From a candidate division FCPU426 bacterium (GTDB taxonomy: Bacteria > Oederibacteriota > Muellerivitia > Muellerivitales > Muellerivitaceae), in the NCBI GenBank assembly GCA_963830915.1, contig CAWHOE010000034.1, positions 44,703-108,702 of the forward strand: a stretch of DNA of 64,000 nt, read 5' to 3'. Position 1 is the stretch's first letter. Every line of letters begins with the position of its first letter. Shown piece by piece: positions 59,512-64,000 of the stretch. The notes below the pieces were generated by a model, which was not told the origin of the DNA, ran no database searches, and worked only from the letters and a program-made list of their open reading frames with translations. A program made the translations under genes and the position numbers.

Positions 59512-59556
59512 AGATTTAATGTCTTAGCGTCGACGGTGGACTTTCAACTGTCGGCT
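59479..59556. repeat. Gene-less miniature heptamer inverted element overlapping the tolC-type 3' end
   Basis: agttcgc agtcgac agcgaac agtcaaa agtgaag - spacer - gtcgacg gtggact ttcaact gtcggct. Confidence 0.7.
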
Positions 59557-59575
59557 TTAAACAAAGGAGAGCGTC

Positions 59576-60310
59576 ATGAAGAAAAGGCTACGAATTATCA
59601 TCCCGATCTTGGTGGTCGTCATTATCGGATTCTTGCTTTGGAATTGGCTTGCCGGGAATAACTTTACTTTCGCCGGAACGGTGGAAGCGACCGAGGTGGA
59701 CGTTCCGGCCCAGGTTTCCTCCACTATCGCCACCCTTTCGGTGGACGAAGGTCAGGCTGTCACTCAGGGACAATTGATGGCATCCCTGGATGGTCAGGAT
59801 TACAAATTGGCCCAAAGCCAAGCGGATGACGATTTTGCCAGGGGTCAGATGTTGTATCGAAGCGGGTCCATGCCCAAGGAGACATTCAATCATCTACAGT
59901 CCCAAAAGCTTCTCGCCGACTTGCGGGTCCAGTGGTGTTCCATCACAGCTCCTCTATCTGGCACCATCCTGACCAAGTACCACGAACCGGGTGAGTTCGT
60001 GAACCCCGGTACCAAAATGTTCACCTTGGCGGATTTGAGGGAAGTATGGTGCCTCATCTATGTCCCTCAACCGGATCTGGTGCGCCTTTCCTATGGTCTG
60101 AAGTTGAAAGCTACCTTGCCGGAGGCGCCGGGAAAGAGTTTGGAGGGAACCATTACTCACATCAACGATCAGGCGGAGTTCACGCCCAAGAACGTTCAAA
60201 CTCAAAAAGAAAGGTCCAACCTGGTATACGCAGTCAAAGTGACTTTCGCCAATCCGGACGGGGTTTTGAAACCAGGTATGACGCTGGAAGTGCAAATACC
60301 TAAGAAATGA
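59576..60310 (+). CDS. HlyD-family membrane fusion protein (YbhG-like, short)
   Basis: N-terminal TM; GTVEATEV, ITAPLSG, AEFTPKNVQT, LKPGM. Confidence 0.92.
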   Translation: MKKRLRIIIPILVVVIIGFLLWNWLAGNNFTFAGTVEATEVDVPAQVSSTIATLSVDEGQAVTQGQLMASLDGQDYKLAQSQADDDFARGQMLYRSGSMPKETFNHLQSQKLLADLRVQWCSITAPLSGTILTKYHEPGEFVNPGTKMFTLADLREVWCLIYVPQPDLVRLSYGLKLKATLPEAPGKSLEGTITHINDQAEFTPKNVQTQKERSNLVYAVKVTFANPDGVLKPGMTLEVQIPKK

Positions 60311-60384
60311 ACAAAAGTTCGCAGACCGCAGTTCGCAGTAATGACTTGAAGTGTTACCTGCCAACATATTATTGGAGTTGTTAA

Positions 60385-61146
60385 GTGGCCGAAGCGCAAA
60401 TCTCAATCCAAGTCAAAGACCTCTCCAAAAACATGGGGCCTAATCACGCCATTGAAGGTGTGAGCCTTTCCCTGGAGCCTGGCCTCTTACACGGCCTGAT
60501 CGGACCTGAGGGTTCGGGAAAGACTACCCTCTTGCGCCATTTGATAGGACTTCTCAAACCCAATCACGGAAAAGTCATTTACTTGGAAGATGGCAAGAGG
60601 GTCGCCCTTGAGGAGGTAAGGCCCCGCATGGCCTACATGCCTCAAATGCAAAGCCTGTACGCTGATCTTTCCATTTCGGAGCACCTTGATTTCTTCCGGG
60701 ATCTCTATCAGATCCCGATCGGGGTTTATACTCAGCGAAGGAAGGAATTGCTCGCCGTTACTAGATTAAGCCCATTCATGAACCGGCCCGCGGGGCAGCT
60801 TTCTGGGGGAATGTACAAGAAATTGGGCTTGATGTGCGCCCTATTGCAGTCGCCCAATCTTGTTCTTTTGGACGAACCAACGACCGGGGTGGACCCCATT
60901 AGCCGGCGAGAGTTTTGGGAGATGTTGTACAGGTTAAGAGAGGAAGGGATCCTCATTGTTATCACGACCGCCTACATGGATGAGGCGGAGCGCTGTGACC
61001 GGGTGCATGTGATGTCGCTGGGCCGGCTCTTGGCCACGGGCGAGCCAAAAGATATATTGAGGAAAGAAAAAGTGAAAAGTTTCGAGGAACTATTCCTTAA
61101 GCATGATGTAAAGGGACCAGCCCGCCATCAGGCGGTGATCCAATGA
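60385..61146 (+). CDS. ABC transporter ATP-binding protein (YbhF-like N-half)
   Basis: GPEGSGKTT, LSGGM, LDEPTTGVDP, TTAYMDEAE. Confidence 0.92.
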   Translation: MAEAQISIQVKDLSKNMGPNHAIEGVSLSLEPGLLHGLIGPEGSGKTTLLRHLIGLLKPNHGKVIYLEDGKRVALEEVRPRMAYMPQMQSLYADLSISEHLDFFRDLYQIPIGVYTQRRKELLAVTRLSPFMNRPAGQLSGGMYKKLGLMCALLQSPNLVLLDEPTTGVDPISRREFWEMLYRLREEGILIVITTAYMDEAERCDRVHVMSLGRLLATGEPKDILRKEKVKSFEELFLKHDVKGPARHQAVIQ

Positions 61147-62081
61147 ATCAAAACGACAAAGTACAAAACACCTCTGTCTGGGTAAAAAATCTCACGGTCA
61201 AATTCGGATCCTTTACGGCGGTGGATCACATTTCTTTCCATGTTAATTCGGGCGAGATATTCGGTTTCCTAGGTGCGAATGGAGCTGGTAAAACCACAAC
61301 CATCCGTGTGCTCTGCGGACTTTTGGAACCGACATCGGGCGAAGTGCGAGTGGCGGGGTTGGATCCCAAAAAGGGCTTGGAGGCCGTGAAGGCCAGAGTT
61401 GGCTATATGTCCCAAAAGTTCACTCTTTATCCGGATATGACCGTGGATGAAAACCTGGAATTCGCCGCGGCCTTGCACAAGATCCCGCTTGAGATCCAAA
61501 AGCGGCGCCGCGCGGAGGGGCTGGAGATCATCGCCTTCAAGGCCAAGACGAGACAGCTGGTCAGCGAGCTTTCCGGCGGAACCAAGCAAGAAGTGGCTTT
61601 GGTCGCGGCTCTTTTGCATGATCCGGAAATACTCTTTTTGGATGAGCCCACGGCAGGGGTTTCTCCCGTTTCCCGTAGCCGCTTTTGGTCCATCATCCGA
61701 GGTCTTTCCCACAGGGGAAAGACGGTCTTTGTGACCACCCATTACATGGACGAGGCGGAAAATTGTGGGCGGATCGCCCTCATGCGCGACGGTCGCATCG
61801 TGGCGTTGGACAATCCCGCGAATCTCAAAAAGGACACTTTTCCAGAACCCCTCTACGAGTTGACGCCCAGGCCGGGGGTAAAGTCGGATTGGCTGAAAAA
61901 CCTCCGAAAGGATAAGGCTGTGCAATCGGTGAAACCCTATGGCATGCGATACCACGCTATCGTATCGAACGCCAGGGGATGGAGGGAACTTTCCCGGCGC
62001 ATGGCCGGGGACTTCAAGGCACGGCCTATTCAACCTTCGCTGGAAGATGTTTTCATCCGTGTGGTTGAGGGGGCGAAATGA
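61143..62081 (+). CDS. ABC transporter ATP-binding protein (YbhF-like C-half)
   Basis: GANGAGKTT, GYMSQKF, LDEPTAGV, TTHYMDEAE, PSLEDVF. Confidence 0.93.
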   Translation: MNQNDKVQNTSVWVKNLTVKFGSFTAVDHISFHVNSGEIFGFLGANGAGKTTTIRVLCGLLEPTSGEVRVAGLDPKKGLEAVKARVGYMSQKFTLYPDMTVDENLEFAAALHKIPLEIQKRRRAEGLEIIAFKAKTRQLVSELSGGTKQEVALVAALLHDPEILFLDEPTAGVSPVSRSRFWSIIRGLSHRGKTVFVTTHYMDEAENCGRIALMRDGRIVALDNPANLKKDTFPEPLYELTPRPGVKSDWLKNLRKDKAVQSVKPYGMRYHAIVSNARGWRELSRRMAGDFKARPIQPSLEDVFIRVVEGAK

Positions 62082-63199
62082 AAGACCCTGTGAACCTTAA
62101 GCGGGCCTATGCCATCGCCTTCAAGGAAGTGCGTCATATTTGGCGGGATCCCTTTACCCTGGGACTGGCGCTGGGACTTCCTCTTCTCATGGTTCTGTTT
62201 TTTGGTTTAGCCATGGATTTCAACGTGCATGATATCCACCTGACTTCTTATGACAGCGACCATAGCCGTTCTTCCCGTCAATTATTGGAAACCTTTGAGA
62301 GTTCCGGTTATTTCCTATTGCGTCAGGAATCCCTCATCGGAAACATTACTGAACCCCTGGATGCCAACCAAGCCAAAGCGGTACTGGTAATCCCGCCCCA
62401 TTTCGGTCGTTATGTGGTTTCGCGCATGGATTCCCCAGTGCAGGTCTTGATCGATGGAACGGATAATTCCACGGCCGGGGTCATCGGTGGTTATATGGAA
62501 GGTATACAATCGGCCGCCAATTTGCGATTGGCCAATTTGTCCGTTAGTCCGTTAGTTACCCTGAAACCACGTTACCTTTTCAATCCTGAATTGAACAGTC
62601 GATGGTTCACCGTGCCAGGACTTGCGGCGGTGGTTTTAGCCATTATTTCCATTCTTTTGACGGCCATGACAGTGGCTCGGGAATGGGAGAATGGTTCCAT
62701 GGAACTTCTATTATCCACTCCCGTACACCCGGTCGAGATCATCCTGGGAAAGCTCGCTCCCTATGTGGTTTTGGGGCTCTCGGCGCAGGCTTTGATCTAT
62801 TTTCTGGCACGGTTTTATTTCGGCATCCCTTTTATGGGCAGCCATGTCTTGTTCATCCTTGGTACTTTTCTTTTTGTCGCCGCCTATATGGCCCTCGGGC
62901 TTTTGGTTTCAGTGACGACCCGCCAGCAGATACTTGCGATGCAGTTTTCCATGATGATCGGTATGCTGCCCAATATCCTTCTTTCAGGGTTCATTTTTCC
63001 CATCGAGAATATGCCGGCCTTTTTCCAGTACCTCACAATGCTTTTTCCCGCCCGCTGGTTCGTGCTGGTCATCCGGGGTTGTTTCTTGAGGGGTTCAGAC
63101 CTTTCCCAATTGGCCGTGCCCCTATTGGCCATGCTTTTCATGGCGACCCTTTTTGTGACGGTGGCGGTAAGGCGTTTCAAGAAGGATGTGGAACCATGA
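62078..63199 (+). CDS. ABC-2 type permease (YbhS-like)
   Basis: KEVRHIWRD, FNPEL, VAREWENGSMELL, LSGFIFPIENMP. Confidence 0.93.
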   Translation: MKDPVNLKRAYAIAFKEVRHIWRDPFTLGLALGLPLLMVLFFGLAMDFNVHDIHLTSYDSDHSRSSRQLLETFESSGYFLLRQESLIGNITEPLDANQAKAVLVIPPHFGRYVVSRMDSPVQVLIDGTDNSTAGVIGGYMEGIQSAANLRLANLSVSPLVTLKPRYLFNPELNSRWFTVPGLAAVVLAIISILLTAMTVAREWENGSMELLLSTPVHPVEIILGKLAPYVVLGLSAQALIYFLARFYFGIPFMGSHVLFILGTFLFVAAYMALGLLVSVTTRQQILAMQFSMMIGMLPNILLSGFIFPIENMPAFFQYLTMLFPARWFVLVIRGCFLRGSDLSQLAVPLLAMLFMATLFVTVAVRRFKKDVEP

Positions 63200-63628
63200 A
63201 AATGAACCCTACTGTTATGGGTTTCTTTAAGAAGGAACTGGTTCAGACCCTTCGGGACCCCCGGATGCGGATCATGCTCTTCGTCATGCCTATCATCCAG
63301 ATGACTCTTTTTGGGATCGCCATCTCTACCGAGACACGTAATATCAAACTGGCGGCGGTTTATAAGCCAAATGATTTCCTGATGCGCCGGATAGTGGAAA
63401 GGTGTTATAGCTCTCAGTGGTTCATACCAGCGAAAACCGGGGATCAAAAACGACGCTTTTCGGATGGTTCAGTCGGGGAAGGCCGATGTGGTGTTGCTCG
63501 CCCCCGAAAGAGGCTTGACCAGGGCGGTCGGACGTGGAGGCGCGGATCTTCAATTATTAATCGATTCCAGTAACATCACCAAAGCGGAAGCCGTAGAGAG
63601 CTATACCCAGGCGATATTAACCCAAGAG
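63196..63628 (+). CDS. ABC-2 type permease (YbhR-like), 5' part only; frameshifted and cut by a junction
   Basis: KKELVQTLRDPRMR; continues NDAFRMVQSGKAD...LQLLIDSSN after a one-base shift at ~63445; ends abruptly near 63628. Confidence 0.8.
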
Positions 63629-63629
63629 C

Positions 63630-64000
63630 GCCGCTGATCCCTTCAGCGCGACGCTCGGCTCGATCTTCGGGAATGCTTTCCGCAGCAAGCCGCGCCGCAG
63701 CCGCAGGCGGCGCAGAGCGCCGCGGCGCCCGAGAACGCGCGCGCGATCCGCGACCAGGCGCGCGCCGACGTGCTGCGCGGCTTTTACGACGTGCGCCTGG
63801 TCGACGTCGAGATCGAGGAGAGCCCCTCGTTGCCGATCGGCACGCTCGGAGGGACGGACCCTTCGACGGGCGGCGGCATCGACATGAGCGAGATGCTCGG
63901 CGGCCTGCTGCCCAAGAGGCGCAGCAGCAAGCGCGTCACCGTCGCCGAAGCGCGCCGCATCTTCGCGCAGGAGGAGGCCGGCAAGCTGATCGACATGGAC
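63630..64000 (+). CDS. hslU: Internal fragment of the ATP-dependent protease ATPase subunit HslU (I domain), high GC
   Basis: RADVLRGFYDVRLVDVEIEE...DMSEMLGGLLPKRRSSKRVTVAEARRIFAQEEAGKLIDMD; no start codon or 5' half. Confidence 0.82.

Noticed and set aside
62602..63573. 323-aa ORF as a single gene
   Set aside because: Its first 198 codons are an off-frame overlap of the YbhS-like gene; the real start is the ATG at 63196.
63630..64000. Horizontally inserted island
   Set aside because: Both genes are cut mid-sequence with no mobility signature, so a chimera is the simpler explanation.
1..64000. tRNA, rRNA, riboswitch or transposase genes
   Set aside because: None was recognised by eye. Covariance-model searches (tRNAscan-SE, Infernal/Rfam) would be needed to exclude them.

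Overview
Bacterial chromosomal segment of roughly 50% GC, mostly + strand. It runs: trpA(3' end)-accD-folC; an O-antigen ligase-like gene; a lone MalK/UgpC-type ATPase; a ~29 kb surface-polysaccharide locus (4.9-34 kb: ugd, rmlD, three intact Wzx-type flippases plus a decayed fourth, a Wzy/ligase-like gene, about 14 glycosyltransferases, a WcaJ-type priming transferase, an NAD-dependent epimerase and an NDP-sugar pyrophosphorylase); a secreted GH-A glycoside hydrolase; a TPR protein; a GT2 plus BshC-like pair; dut; GH5; an LpoA-like lipoprotein; hisS-aspS; a LysM lipoprotein; phoH-ybeY-corC-PHP-era-pyk; secreted hypotheticals; and a TetR-TolC-HlyD-ABC efflux operon. Two non-coding structures stand out. 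(1) A four-helix-bundle (23S rRNA IVP/Avd-like) gene is enclosed by two inverted arms of exactly 20 in-register heptamers each (AG-NNN-AC left, GT-NNN-CT right), and gene-less miniature copies of these arms occur at other operon junctions. (2) A ~580 bp intergenic block holds two consecutive arrays of 8-9 bp boxes repeated every ~21 bp (two helical turns), the first with an 85-bp higher-order period. Several isolated frameshifts and an abrupt switch to a ~70%+ GC hslU fragment in the last ~370 bp suggest long-read indel errors and a chimeric end. No rRNA, tRNA, CRISPR array or transposase was recognised. All product calls come from motif recognition by eye, not from database searches.
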